DNA of 64,000 nucleotides from Chloroflexota bacterium (GTDB lineage Bacteria; Chloroflexota; Dehalococcoidia; Lucifugimonadales; UBA3495): NCBI GenBank assembly GCA_022573285.1, contig JACZUF010000004.1, positions 60,441 to 124,440 of the forward strand, read 5' to 3'. Shown piece by piece: positions 1 to 9,438 of this stretch (position 1 is its first letter; each line of letters starts with the position of its first letter). The notes under the pieces were generated by a model. It saw only the letters and a program-made list of their open reading frames with translations, ran no database searches and was not told where the DNA came from. The position numbers and the translations under genes were made by a program.

Positions 1-174
1 GTCTGCCAAGAACTCGTCCATGGAAACGGCCCGGTGGGCCCGGTGGAACAGCCACAGGCCCCGCAGCGTCACCTTGAGTTCGGCCAGGTCCTGGATCTGC
101 TCCAAGATGGGCCCGAACACCGGGTTGGGCACCGGCGTGTAGAGAGTGCTCCCGGTAAAACCCGAGAAAGCCAT
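1..174 (-). CDS. DnaD-domain/replication protein, N-terminal part (runs off window edge)
   Basis: ATG at 174, 2 nt after the dnaB stop; hand translation MAFSGFTGSTLYTPVPNPVFGPILEQIQDLAELKVTLRGLWLFHR resembles the N-terminus of Chloroflexi DnaD-domain proteins that follow dnaB. Confidence 0.65.
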   Translation of the reverse strand, partial: MAFSGFTGSTLYTPVPNPVFGPILEQIQDLAELKVTLRGLWLFHRAHRAVSMDEFLAD

Positions 175-176
175 CT

Positions 177-1544
177 TTAGAAGTTGTCCACCCTCGATAA
201 CGAATCGAACCGGACCAGGTTGTCCCGGAAGAGGAGCTGCACGGTGCCGGTGGGCCCGTTCCGGTGCTTGGCCACTATCAGGTCCGTGATGTTTCTGGGG
301 TAGGGACGGCCGGGGAACTGCTGGTCCCACTCTTCTTCGGTGTAGTAAAGGTCGTCCCGGTGGATGAACATCACCACGTCGGCGTCCTGCTCGATGCTTC
401 CGCTGTCCCGCAGGTCGGAGAGCATGGGCCGGTGCCCGGTCCGCTGCTCCACCCCGCGGCTGAGCTGGGAGCAGGTTATGAGGGCGATGTTCAGGTCCCG
501 GGCCATGCCCTTGAGCGACCGGGAAATCTCGCTGATCTCCTGGACCCGGTTCTCGTTCCCGCCACGGCCCCGGCCCTCGATCAACTGCAGATAATCCACC
601 ACCAGCAGGTCCAGACCGTGCTCCAACATCAGGCGGCGGGCCTTGCTGCGCATTTCGATCATGCCCTGGAACGGCGTGTCGTCGATGTAGACCGGCAGGT
701 CGGAGAGTTGACCGATGGCATCGATGAGCCGCTGCTCTTCAGCCTCGGTGTAAAGACCCAGACGCAGCCGGTGGGAGTCTATCTCGGCCTCGGACGAGAG
801 GATGCGTAGCGCCAACTGCTCCCGGCTCATCTCCAGGCTGAACACTCCGGTTGTAGAGCCATTCTTCGCGGCGTTCACGCAGATGTTCAGGGCCAAGGTG
901 CTCTTGCCTAATGAGGGGCGGGCGCCAACAATCATCAGGTCCGACCGCTGGAGACCCCCCAGGAGTTCGTCCAGGTCGGTATACCCCAGCATCACCGGGC
1001 CGGTGTTCTCGCCGATGGGGTCGATGATGGCCGCGCGGTCTTCTAGGTATTGGTCATAGATCTGCCGGAGGGGCACGAAACCCCGCCGGGTGTCGGCCCC
1101 CCGCACGGTGAACAGCACGTCCTCCGCTTGACGGAGGGTGGCGTCCACGTCGCCGGTGTCTTCGTAGCCCATGGCCGAGATACGGGAAGCAACATCGATG
1201 AGCTTCCGCATGGTCGCGGTGCGGGCCACCACGTTGGCGTAGTGTTCGGAGTGGGCCGAGGTGGGGGTGACGGAGATCAGGTGGCTGAGATAGGCCATGC
1301 CGCCCACGGTTTCCAACTGGCTGGCGCGGCTCAGTTCCCTGGCCAGAGTTACCTGGTCGATGGCCTCATCCCGCTGGAATAGGGCCTCGCAGGCGGCAAA
1401 GCACAGCTGATTTCTCTCGCGGTAGAAATCGCCTGCCTTGATGTAAGGCGCCACGCGGGAGAAGCAGTCCCCATCGATTAAGACCGACCCAACAACCGCT
1501 TCCTCCGCCTCCAAGTCATGGGGTAACAGCTTCTCGGCGTACAT
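177..1544 (-). CDS. dnaB: Replicative DNA helicase
   Basis: PHDLEAEEAVVG N-terminus, Walker A GARPSLGKS, FSLEMS, VDYLQL, SDLRDSGSIEQDAD, KHRNGPTG. Confidence 0.98.
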   Translation of the reverse strand: MYAEKLLPHDLEAEEAVVGSVLIDGDCFSRVAPYIKAGDFYRERNQLCFAACEALFQRDEAIDQVTLARELSRASQLETVGGMAYLSHLISVTPTSAHSEHYANVVARTATMRKLIDVASRISAMGYEDTGDVDATLRQAEDVLFTVRGADTRRGFVPLRQIYDQYLEDRAAIIDPIGENTGPVMLGYTDLDELLGGLQRSDLMIVGARPSLGKSTLALNICVNAAKNGSTTGVFSLEMSREQLALRILSSEAEIDSHRLRLGLYTEAEEQRLIDAIGQLSDLPVYIDDTPFQGMIEMRSKARRLMLEHGLDLLVVDYLQLIEGRGRGGNENRVQEISEISRSLKGMARDLNIALITCSQLSRGVEQRTGHRPMLSDLRDSGSIEQDADVVMFIHRDDLYYTEEEWDQQFPGRPYPRNITDLIVAKHRNGPTGTVQLLFRDNLVRFDSLSRVDNF

Positions 1545-1548
1545 CGCC

Positions 1549-1998
1549 CTATTCTTCTACCTCCGCGTTAACGTGAATCGTGGCTGTGACTTCGGTCGAG
1601 AACCGGAGCAGCACGTCGTATTCGCCGGGCTCACGGATCGGTTCGGCAATCTCCACCCAGCGGCGGTCCACCTCCCGGCCCACCTTTTCGGCCAACTCCA
1701 TGGCGATGTGGGTGCTGGTGATGGTCCCGTAGTAACGGCCGGTGGGGGTAATCCTGGCCGACAGAGTGATGGTCACGTCGTCCAACCCCTCCGCCAGTTC
1801 TTCCATGACGGCCGTCTCGCGCACGCGTATCTCGTCGCCGGCGGCGGAAATCTTATGGATCCGCTTCATCACCTCGGGGGTGGCGATCTCCGCCAATCCC
1901 TGGGGCAATAGATAGTTGCGGGCGTAGCCATCAGGCACACGGCGGACCTCGCCCGCCCTGGCCTTATTTGGAACGTCCTGGATGAAAACTACTTCCAT
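1549..1998 (-). CDS. rplI: 50S ribosomal protein L9
   Basis: MEVVFIQDV..GEVRRVPDGYARNYLLP signature; upstream of dnaB. Confidence 0.97.
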   Translation of the reverse strand: MEVVFIQDVPNKARAGEVRRVPDGYARNYLLPQGLAEIATPEVMKRIHKISAAGDEIRVRETAVMEELAEGLDDVTITLSARITPTGRYYGTITSTHIAMELAEKVGREVDRRWVEIAEPIREPGEYDVLLRFSTEVTATIHVNAEVEE

Positions 1999-2331
1999 AT
2001 GTTGGTCACTTCCGTTGGGTTCTCCGATGGGAATGGTCGATCGGAATAGGGATTTGGCCCCATGCTAGAGGCCGGGTTAATTATACGGCATGCCCGGTCT
2101 GAGGGGAAAGCGGGACCGGTCTGCGGCCGGGTCCCTGTTGGCACTGCCGAAAATTGACTGCCCGCTGCGCCCCTCCTAAAATCGTTGTCACCCGGACAAA
2201 AACGCGCCCGTCGGTGGGATAAGGGGCGGGACAAGGCTGGCAGATTATTTTCGACCGCTGCAATATATCTCTCTTTGCGCAACAAATCCAGGCAATTTAG
2301 ACCAATTCCAAATGGATATTTGGGGCCATAA

Positions 2332-3000
2332 ATGGGATTCATAGCTGACATCGAACGGCGGACCCAGCCCATCAGGCAGGCCATCTTGGCCCACCCCTTC
2401 GTCACGGGCGTGGGCGACGGCACCCTGCCGGTGGAGAAGTTCAAATACTACGTGGCCCAGGACTATGCCTACTTGGTGGACTACAGCCGGGCGCTGGCCC
2501 TGGCGTCGGCCCGGGCCCCCCGGTTGGACGACATGTCCTGGTTCGCGGGGCTGTTGGACGAGACCCTAAACGTGGAGATGGCGCTCCACCGCAGCTATTG
2601 CGAAGAATTCGGCATCAGCGCCCGAGAACTGGAGGCCACCGTGGCGTCCCCCACGACCGTGGCCTACACCAGCTTCCTGCTTAAGACGGCCCACCAGGGC
2701 AGCTTCGGAGAGTTGGTGGCGTCGTTGCTGCCGTGCCAATGGGGTTACTGGGAGATCGGCGACCACCTGGCCAAGCGGGGCCTGCCCCAGAACGCGCCCC
2801 TCTACGCCAAGTGGATCGAGATGTACACCTCCGAGGAATTCGCCGCCCTCGCCCATCACATCCGGGACATGGCCGGCCGCATCGGCGACGAGGCCGGCCC
2901 CGCCGAGCGGGACGCCATGGGCCAAGCCTACCTGACCAGCGTCCGCCTGGAGCACCAGTTCTGGGACATGGCCTACAACCAGGAGGAGTGGGGGGTTTAG
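2332..3000 (+). CDS. tenA: Thiaminase II / TenA family protein
   Basis: HPFV..GDGTL..FKYYVAQDYAYL, LLPCQWGY with catalytic Cys, LEHQFWDMAY. Confidence 0.9.
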   Translation: MGFIADIERRTQPIRQAILAHPFVTGVGDGTLPVEKFKYYVAQDYAYLVDYSRALALASARAPRLDDMSWFAGLLDETLNVEMALHRSYCEEFGISARELEATVASPTTVAYTSFLLKTAHQGSFGELVASLLPCQWGYWEIGDHLAKRGLPQNAPLYAKWIEMYTSEEFAALAHHIRDMAGRIGDEAGPAERDAMGQAYLTSVRLEHQFWDMAYNQEEWGV

Positions 3001-3027
3001 ATAGAGCCTCGAGTTACTCGCAACGGA

Positions 3028-3291
3028 CCGTTCGTCCTGAGCGTGTCGAAGGGCGCGGATCAGTCAAGTTCCTGATTGACAATGCCTTGTCTGACCCGCA
3101 GCGGTGGTTCGACGAGCTCACCACGAACGGACTGGAAATGACGAGTGGCCAACAAAATCGTTCGTCCTGGACCCGTCGAAGGATGCGCATAAACCATGCT
3201 CATGGTGGAGAACAATCTTAACTTAGGCGGTGGTTCGACAGGTCCGATTTCATCGAGACTCGCGACTCCCGTCGGAGCTCACCATGAGCGG
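3028..3291. repeat. Two inverted pairs of REP-like repeats, family B (CCGTTCGTCCTGAGCnTGTCGAAGG ... TGGTTCGACnAGCTCACCACGAACGG)
   Basis: Arms at about 3028-3054/3105-3130 and 3159-3183/3231-3291; same family at 18429-18455 and 30485-30557. Confidence 0.8.
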
Positions 3292-3365
3292 ATGCGGGAA
3301 CCCCGATTAGCGGAACTGACCGGGCCGGTCTCGCCGGTGAGCAGCAACTGTGTTCCGGGGCTCGT

Positions 3366-4172
3366 CTACCCCTTCACCGCCCTAAAAACCCAGCAGGGCC
3401 AGGAGAAGGCGATGTCGTCGTGGACCGGGGCCACTTGGAAGGCTTCGCGGGTGGCGGCCGGGGCCTCTAGGAAGTCCCGGCGCAGGGCTTCCGTTTCTTC
3501 CGGAGACACCTTGGTGCGGGCGGTCCACTCGTTGAAACGCAGGTAGATGCGGGGGTAGTCGTTCTCGACCACCGTGAAGCCCCGGCCGGCCAACATTTCC
3601 TGAATCTTGGATACCTGACGGTTCTCCACGTGGCTGAAATCCCGGCGCAGTTCGATGTCGTTCATCCACTCAGCGATGGCGTCGTCTTCGGGGGCCACAC
3701 TGTCGGCCATGAGCAGCGAGCCACCCTTTTTTAACACCCGTTGGGCCTCGTCCAGGGCCTTTGCGAAATCGCGGAAGTGGTGAGCGGAGACCCGGGACGT
3801 GACCAGGTCAATGGATCCGCCGGCGAAGGGCAGCGCCTCGGCGGCGTTCTGGCTCAGACCCAGGTTCGTGATGCCTCGTTCCCGTCCCAAGCGTTGGACC
3901 TGGCGGAGCATGGGCTCGGTCACGTCGCTGGCCACCACCCGGTCCGACACTCCGGCCACCGCAAAGGCGGTGAAGCCGGCGCCGGTGCCCAGGTCTACGG
4001 CCCAGCGGTAACGGTTGGCCCCGCCGGCGCCCACCATGCGCTCCACCGATTCCAGGCTGTCGTCCCGGATGTGCACCTTGCTGGTGGCGTAGACGGCCGC
4101 CTGGGGGCCGAATACCTGTTGGGCCGCCAGCCTTTGCCCGTTGCCCTGATTATCTTGGTTGTCCAGGGACAT
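3366..4172 (-). CDS. Class I SAM-dependent methyltransferase (UbiE-like)
   Basis: VDLGTGAG motif I, AEALPF..GSIDLV, AHHF, RVLKKGG. Confidence 0.9.
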   Translation of the reverse strand: MSLDNQDNQGNGQRLAAQQVFGPQAAVYATSKVHIRDDSLESVERMVGAGGANRYRWAVDLGTGAGFTAFAVAGVSDRVVASDVTEPMLRQVQRLGRERGITNLGLSQNAAEALPFAGGSIDLVTSRVSAHHFRDFAKALDEAQRVLKKGGSLLMADSVAPEDDAIAEWMNDIELRRDFSHVENRQVSKIQEMLAGRGFTVVENDYPRIYLRFNEWTARTKVSPEETEALRRDFLEAPAATREAFQVAPVHDDIAFSWPCWVFRAVKG

Positions 4173-4232
4173 GTTTCCTCTCGATAGCTAATTCCATTGT
4201 AAGGGTCGGGTAGGAGTCCGGTAGCCGCGCGC

Positions 4233-4274
4233 AAAAAACTGGCGCTTGGTCAGACGAGCTATCCCAAGCGCCAG
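4233..4274 (-). terminator. Intrinsic terminator of the DUF1800-DUF1501-NHL transcript
   Basis: Stem CTGGCGCTTGG/CCAAGCGCCAG next to an A6 run (U6 on the minus strand). Confidence 0.6.
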
Positions 4275-4331
4275 AGCGTTTCCAGACGCTCCATTTATTT
4301 TAGGGAGCGGGCCGGGGGAGCGGATACCGCG

Positions 4332-5411
4332 TTAGACCAATACCGGCTCGGCGTTCTTCTGATAGACCTGGAACCGGTGCCGGGAGGTGTCCGCGATCAT
4401 GACGCGGCCCCGGTGGTCGACTCGCACCGCGCAGGGGGTCCACAGCACCTTTTCAGGGGTGAAGTCCCGCACGCCGTTGCGTTGCCGGACCATGTCCGGG
4501 TTCGACTTGATCTTGTCGATGCCCAGCTTGGACAGTGCGGCGTCCCCGGTGAACTCGGTGATGAACCGGCCCTCGGCCGTCAGCACCTGGACCCGGTTGT
4601 TCAGCCAGTCGGCGATGTAGATGTCGCCGTCGTCGTCGACACACACGCCGGTTGGCCGGTTGAACTGGCCCACGGGCGCATCGACGTACATGATACCGCC
4701 CTGCTCCTTGGCGTAGGTGCAGTCGCCGCCGGTGCCGGGCTTGCCGCCGGCGCCGGGTTTGCCGAATGTCGCCAGCCACTTGCCGTCGCTGGTGAAGGAC
4801 TGGATACGGTCGTTACGCCAGTCGGCCACGAACACGTTCCCGTCCTTGTCCAGACAGATGCCCCAGGGCAGGTTGAACTCGCCTTCGCCGGCGCCGGCGC
4901 TGCCGAACTTGCCCAGGAACTTGCCGTCCAAGGTGAATTTCTGGACCCGGTTGTTGCGGCTGTCCACCACGAAAACGGTGCCGTCGCCGCCGATGGTGAT
5001 GCCGGCCGGCCGGTCCAACTCGCCGTCGCCCGAGCCGGGCGAGCCCCAGTGACTCAGGTAGTCGCCGTCTTTGTTGAAGATGGTGATGCGGTTGGTCCAC
5101 TCGTCGGTGACATAGACGTTGGTGTCCTTGTCCAAGGCGATGGCCATGGGCCAGATGAACTGGCCCGGTTCCTCGCCGTAGGAGCCGAACTCGGTGATGT
5201 ACTCTTCGGCGCCCTCGCCGATGCGGAAGAGGTTGATGCGGGTGCCGTCTGACCGCGACTCGTAGGAGCGGTTCACCACGTAGACCAAGTCATCGGGGCC
5301 CAGGGCAAAGTCCATCGGGTTGCGGAATCCGGTGCCCTGAAACTCGGACCGGCCGGCGGTAAAGCTGTAGGTGAACGTCCGGTCGTTAATTCCCAGGAAT
5401 ACACTAGCCAT
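4332..5411 (-). CDS. NHL-repeat beta-propeller protein
   Basis: Repeated G.G.GEF..P.GI..D.DG..YVAD..N.R.Q.F units; start moved to ATG 5411 after a GAGGAG RBS. Confidence 0.9.
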   Translation of the reverse strand: MASVFLGINDRTFTYSFTAGRSEFQGTGFRNPMDFALGPDDLVYVVNRSYESRSDGTRINLFRIGEGAEEYITEFGSYGEEPGQFIWPMAIALDKDTNVYVTDEWTNRITIFNKDGDYLSHWGSPGSGDGELDRPAGITIGGDGTVFVVDSRNNRVQKFTLDGKFLGKFGSAGAGEGEFNLPWGICLDKDGNVFVADWRNDRIQSFTSDGKWLATFGKPGAGGKPGTGGDCTYAKEQGGIMYVDAPVGQFNRPTGVCVDDDGDIYIADWLNNRVQVLTAEGRFITEFTGDAALSKLGIDKIKSNPDMVRQRNGVRDFTPEKVLWTPCAVRVDHRGRVMIADTSRHRFQVYQKNAEPVLV

Positions 5412-5519
5412 TGCTATTCTCCTCAGGGGTGTCGGGACTTTTGCGCCGCAGCGGTTACTCCGGCGCAAAGGTCAAGGTGCTTTGATTGGTCCGGCCGGTT
5501 TTCCGCCGGCATTTCAGTC

Positions 5520-6656
5520 CTAGATAAAGTCCAGGGCCTCGAAATTGCCGCCGACGATGGCCTTGGCGTCCAGGCCCATCCAGCGGTCCAACAGAGTGGT
5601 GTAGGCGGAACGGAAGTCCACTTGCCATTGCAGGTTGCCGCCGTCTTCCAGCTCGTTGGGCTCCAGGGACGGGTACTCGCCATAGAGGCCGCCCTTGACG
5701 TGGTCACCGAGGACGAAGGCGATGCCGCCGGTGCCGTGGTCGGTGCCGGAGCCATTGTCCATGGCCCGCCGTCCGAACTCTGAGTAGAAGAACAACGTGA
5801 CGTTGTCGCTCTTGCCCAACTGCCGGAGGTCGGTCATGAACGAATCGATATTGCTGGTCACGTCCAGCAACAGGTTTGCGTGTCCCACAGCCTGGTTGGC
5901 GTGGGTGTCGAAGATGTTGTAGGGAGCCGTGGTGAACAGCACCCGGGTCCCGAAATCAGCGTTGTGGACCTGGGCCATGTCGCGGAGGTACCCGCCCATG
6001 GCGCTATTGGCGTACTCGACTTCGGATACGTACTTGCCGGGAGCAGTGGACAGGATGTCGGCGCCCTTCAGCGCTTCGATGCCCGTGCGGCGGATGTAGT
6101 CGTCCACCACGCCCTGACCGATGGCCGGGGCGTACATGCGCCCGAACAGGTCCAGGGCCTCCATCCGCTGCGACTCCTGGTTCATCTCAGTTAGTAGGCC
6201 GTAGGAACTCAAGTCGCCCACCGAGGCTACGGCCACTCCCTCTTTGGCCAGGGAACGGGGTAGGCCGCGGCCGAAGTTGACGCCGGTGAGCACATTCTCG
6301 CCCGTGGGATCGACATCCTGGATGACGCTGCCCAGCCAGCCGGTGAGACCAATTTCATCGGGCTCACAGGTGGCCCAGATGTCCATGGACCGGAAGTGCG
6401 ACAGGCTGCCGTTGGGGTAGCCGATCCCCTGAATGATGGCCAGATGGCCTTCGTCCCAATACTTCTTCAACGGGGCCATGGCCGGATGGAAGCCCAGTTG
6501 GTCGGTGATGGGGATTATCTGGTCTTCGGGAATCCCCAGCGTCGGCCGGTAGTCCCGGTAGCGGGGATTGTTGTAGGGGATAACCGTGTTCATGCCGTCG
6601 TTTCCACCGGACAGTGATATCACTGCCAGGACCGGGTCTTTTACGTTTGATACCAT
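5520..6656 (-). CDS. DUF1501 domain protein
   Basis: LSGGNDGMNTVIPY, SHFRSMDIW, FDTHANQ, SEFGRR..NG.GTDHG; start ATG 6656 with GGAGGA RBS. Confidence 0.9.
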   Translation of the reverse strand: MVSNVKDPVLAVISLSGGNDGMNTVIPYNNPRYRDYRPTLGIPEDQIIPITDQLGFHPAMAPLKKYWDEGHLAIIQGIGYPNGSLSHFRSMDIWATCEPDEIGLTGWLGSVIQDVDPTGENVLTGVNFGRGLPRSLAKEGVAVASVGDLSSYGLLTEMNQESQRMEALDLFGRMYAPAIGQGVVDDYIRRTGIEALKGADILSTAPGKYVSEVEYANSAMGGYLRDMAQVHNADFGTRVLFTTAPYNIFDTHANQAVGHANLLLDVTSNIDSFMTDLRQLGKSDNVTLFFYSEFGRRAMDNGSGTDHGTGGIAFVLGDHVKGGLYGEYPSLEPNELEDGGNLQWQVDFRSAYTTLLDRWMGLDAKAIVGGNFEALDFI

Positions 6657-6720
6657 CCTAATTCCTCCGCCTAAAGTCGGATAATTTCTAAATATCCAAG
6701 TGTCTGGATTTACGGAGTAC

Positions 6721-8145
6721 CTAACCGAACTGGAACTCCGAGGTGGTGGCAATCATCTGGAGGGTCTCCCCCGCCCGGCGGGCGAATTCGTCCTGCTCGG
6801 CCTTGGTGCCATGCTTCAAAGCTCCGCCGGAATCCAGGTGGGAAACCAACTGGCCGTGGGTTTCCTCGGCCAGTTCCATGGGCCCCAGCAGGTCCAGACA
6901 GCCGTCAAGGAACTGCTTGGAGCTGGGGCTTTCGCCCAGGGCCATCAGCCGGTTGACCATGGACTTAACGCCGGGCAGTTCAGTGTTGCCCAGCATGGCG
7001 GATGCGAAATTGATGCGGTCGATGAGGCTGCCGCTGTTGATCCACTCGCGGCCCATATGCCAGCCTTCCACCGTTGGGGGGTTCATCAGGTCCATACCCA
7101 TGTATTTGGGCTCCATGGCCACGAAGAACAGGCCCGGCTTGGGCTCCAGGTGGTCGCCCACCATCCGCATGGTGCCGATGACCACGTCTGCTGGGCTCTT
7201 CACCTTGGCGAAACGGACCGCCTCGTCCTTGAAGAAGTCGGAGGTGAACAGGACCCGCAACATGGCGGTAATCTCATACCCGGAGTCGAAGTAGGCCTTC
7301 TCCATGGCCTCGATGGCCGCCGGGTCCCGGGGCTCGCTCAACCGCCAAGCAGGCACGGGCGGCTCATCGGCGACAAAGAAGTCGTAGAGTTTGCGGGCGA
7401 TGAACCGGGCGGTGGCCGGCTGTTTGCAGATTATATCTACGATGTCACCGCCGTCCCAGTTGCCGGTCTCTCCCAGAAAGGTCTTTTCCCCTTCGTCATG
7501 GTCCGCCGGGTCGAAGCGGAATTCGAAGGGGGTGCGGCCGTAGGGGAAGACCGGGATGGTGGGGGCCAGGTTCCAGCCGGTGAAGGCGCGGGCGCAGGCC
7601 TTTACATCATCCTCGGTATAGTTGAATTCCCCGTCTTTGCCCACTCCCAGGGAGAACAACTCCAAGAGCTCCCGGCCGAAGTTCTCGTTGACGGCCGTCT
7701 TGTGGCTCTCGATGTTGTCCAGGTAATAGAGCATGGCCGGGTCGGTGGATAGCATCATCAGCAAGTCTTTAAAGTTGCCCATGCCCATGTTCCGGAACTT
7801 GTCGATCTGGATCGCCGTGGTCCGGGCGTTGTCCACCTTATTGTCGCCGGCGCAGAGGATGGTGTGCCAGAAGAGGGACATCTTCTCTTTGAGCTGGTAT
7901 TTATTGTTGATCATCCGGTAGACCCATTCGGTCTGACCGGTCTCGACCGCGACCTTGTCGAAGTAGGAGGGATAGGCGCGGTACATCAGGTCTTCTTCGA
8001 TTCCAGGGTCGTCTCCGGGGTTCAGGAGCTCTTCAACCACACTGTCGTAACCCTGTTTTACTCTGGCCTCGATCTCGTCGCGGCTCGCCCCGTAGCCGGC
8101 GCGGCGCAGAAGGTGGGCCATCAAAGCAATTTTCTGGTCAGCCAT
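6721..8145 (-). CDS. DUF1800 domain protein
   Basis: HLLRRAGYG, EKMSLFWH, DPAMLYYLDN, NENFGRELLELFSLG, ARAFTGW, PPTVEGW; usual partner of DUF1501. Confidence 0.92.
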   Translation of the reverse strand: MADQKIALMAHLLRRAGYGASRDEIEARVKQGYDSVVEELLNPGDDPGIEEDLMYRAYPSYFDKVAVETGQTEWVYRMINNKYQLKEKMSLFWHTILCAGDNKVDNARTTAIQIDKFRNMGMGNFKDLLMMLSTDPAMLYYLDNIESHKTAVNENFGRELLELFSLGVGKDGEFNYTEDDVKACARAFTGWNLAPTIPVFPYGRTPFEFRFDPADHDEGEKTFLGETGNWDGGDIVDIICKQPATARFIARKLYDFFVADEPPVPAWRLSEPRDPAAIEAMEKAYFDSGYEITAMLRVLFTSDFFKDEAVRFAKVKSPADVVIGTMRMVGDHLEPKPGLFFVAMEPKYMGMDLMNPPTVEGWHMGREWINSGSLIDRINFASAMLGNTELPGVKSMVNRLMALGESPSSKQFLDGCLDLLGPMELAEETHGQLVSHLDSGGALKHGTKAEQDEFARRAGETLQMIATTSEFQFG

Positions 8146-8443
8146 TTAATCCTCCTCCACAGTGGATCGGTCTATATAAAGAGTATATGTTTCTTATTCT
8201 GTTCCTGGCTCTTTGGAGGGCTGCGAAGATCTCCAACGGACCGGGAAGAACCGGTAGCAAACCCTGGACTCTAGGCAAATAGGCCAAGGTTTCCCGAATA
8301 TGCCGATATTTTGTCGCCTGGAAGGGCCAATGTCAATACTCAATATCAATTTTTTCGAGGCTAGGGCCGTATCTCGAAGGAGCGCTCTATTAGAAAATAC
8401 CGATTATAAGAAGAGGTTGTCTCAAGTGGTGTGCGGGTGATAT

Positions 8444-9289
8444 TCAGTTGCGGACCAGCAGTCCGGGCTGGCAGTGGCGGCAGTAGCTGGTGATGCGTTG
8501 GTTGGAGTTCAACTGGGTGATGTTGCCGCCGCACTTGGGACAGGGCTGGCCGCCTTTGTTGTGCACCTTCAGGAAGTCTCGGACCTTTTTGTGAATGTCG
8601 CTGCCCATGCGGCTTCTGAGGGTCTCGATGGCCTCTTCCAGCACCTGGCGGCACTGAATGTGGAGCGTCCGCAGTTCCTCGGGTTTGAGGGCCCGGCATT
8701 TCTTGAAGGGCGATATGCCGGCGGCGAAGAGTATCTCGTCCGAGTAGGCGTTGCCGATGCCGGATATAAAGGCCCCTCGGGTCAGCACGCCCTTGATCTC
8801 GCCGTTGAATTTCTTCAACCGGGCTTGGAAATCTTCAAATGCGATTCCAGAGAGCACGTCCGGGCCCAGGCTGGTGTATTGGGGCACCTGCTCGTCTTGG
8901 GCCTCGCCGCCGCTCCCGTCTTCCCCGTTTCTGATGTAGTAGACCTTGCCCATCTGCCGGCCGTCCAGGTAGCGGAGCTCCATCCCGCCGCCCAGGCCCA
9001 ATACCACGCAGGTCTTCTTCTGGACCCGTTCGCTCTCCGGGCAGTGCTGCAGCGCCCCGGTGAGCATGGGGTTGATCACCAGGCTGCGTCCGCCGGAGAA
9101 CCGCAGCGTCAAGAACTTGCCCCGGCGCTGGGCGTCCAAGAACGACCGGCCGGGCAGATCGCCGGTTACCTCCGCCGCCAAAGACCGGACCACCGTGGGC
9201 CGCAGGACCCTGCAGGATTCCACCGGCGCGTCTTTTAGGTTGGCGTTCAGATAGTCCTTGATGACTTCCAAATCGGGAGCTTCTGGCAT
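8444..9289 (-). CDS. Fpg/Nei family DNA glycosylase/AP lyase
   Basis: Start ATG 9289 gives catalytic N-terminal PE (MPEAPDLE); RRGKFL, H2TH GIGNAYSDEIL, C-terminal CPKC..YCRHCQ zinc finger. Confidence 0.9.
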   Translation of the reverse strand: MPEAPDLEVIKDYLNANLKDAPVESCRVLRPTVVRSLAAEVTGDLPGRSFLDAQRRGKFLTLRFSGGRSLVINPMLTGALQHCPESERVQKKTCVVLGLGGGMELRYLDGRQMGKVYYIRNGEDGSGGEAQDEQVPQYTSLGPDVLSGIAFEDFQARLKKFNGEIKGVLTRGAFISGIGNAYSDEILFAAGISPFKKCRALKPEELRTLHIQCRQVLEEAIETLRSRMGSDIHKKVRDFLKVHNKGGQPCPKCGGNITQLNSNQRITSYCRHCQPGLLVRN

Positions 9290-9333
9290 GCCTTTAATAT
9301 AACTCACCGGCATGCCAATTGTTGCGTGCGTAT

Positions 9334-9370
9334 GGTCGTAGGGGCACGGCAATGCCGTGCCCCTACGACC
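9334..9370. repeat. GTAG-type REP palindrome, family A (GTAGGGGCACGGC-AAT-GCCGTGCCCCTAC)
   Basis: Identical 29-nt core at 9338-9366, 37322-37350 and 55245-55273; variant at 38912-38949. Confidence 0.9.
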
Positions 9371-9438
9371 GCGACGTTGACACGTGGTCTCCGCCATCCA
9401 TATTCTTGGAATATGGGGAGCAATTTGGGGGTTTAAAG

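Noticed and set aside
2000-2331. Possible TPP riboswitch upstream of tenA
   Set aside because: GC-rich hairpins are present but the CTGAGA and CCTGA..TAAT..GCG.AGG consensus elements are not
3028-3291. CRISPR array
   Set aside because: Repeats alternate in orientation, are degenerate and number only four; no cas operon
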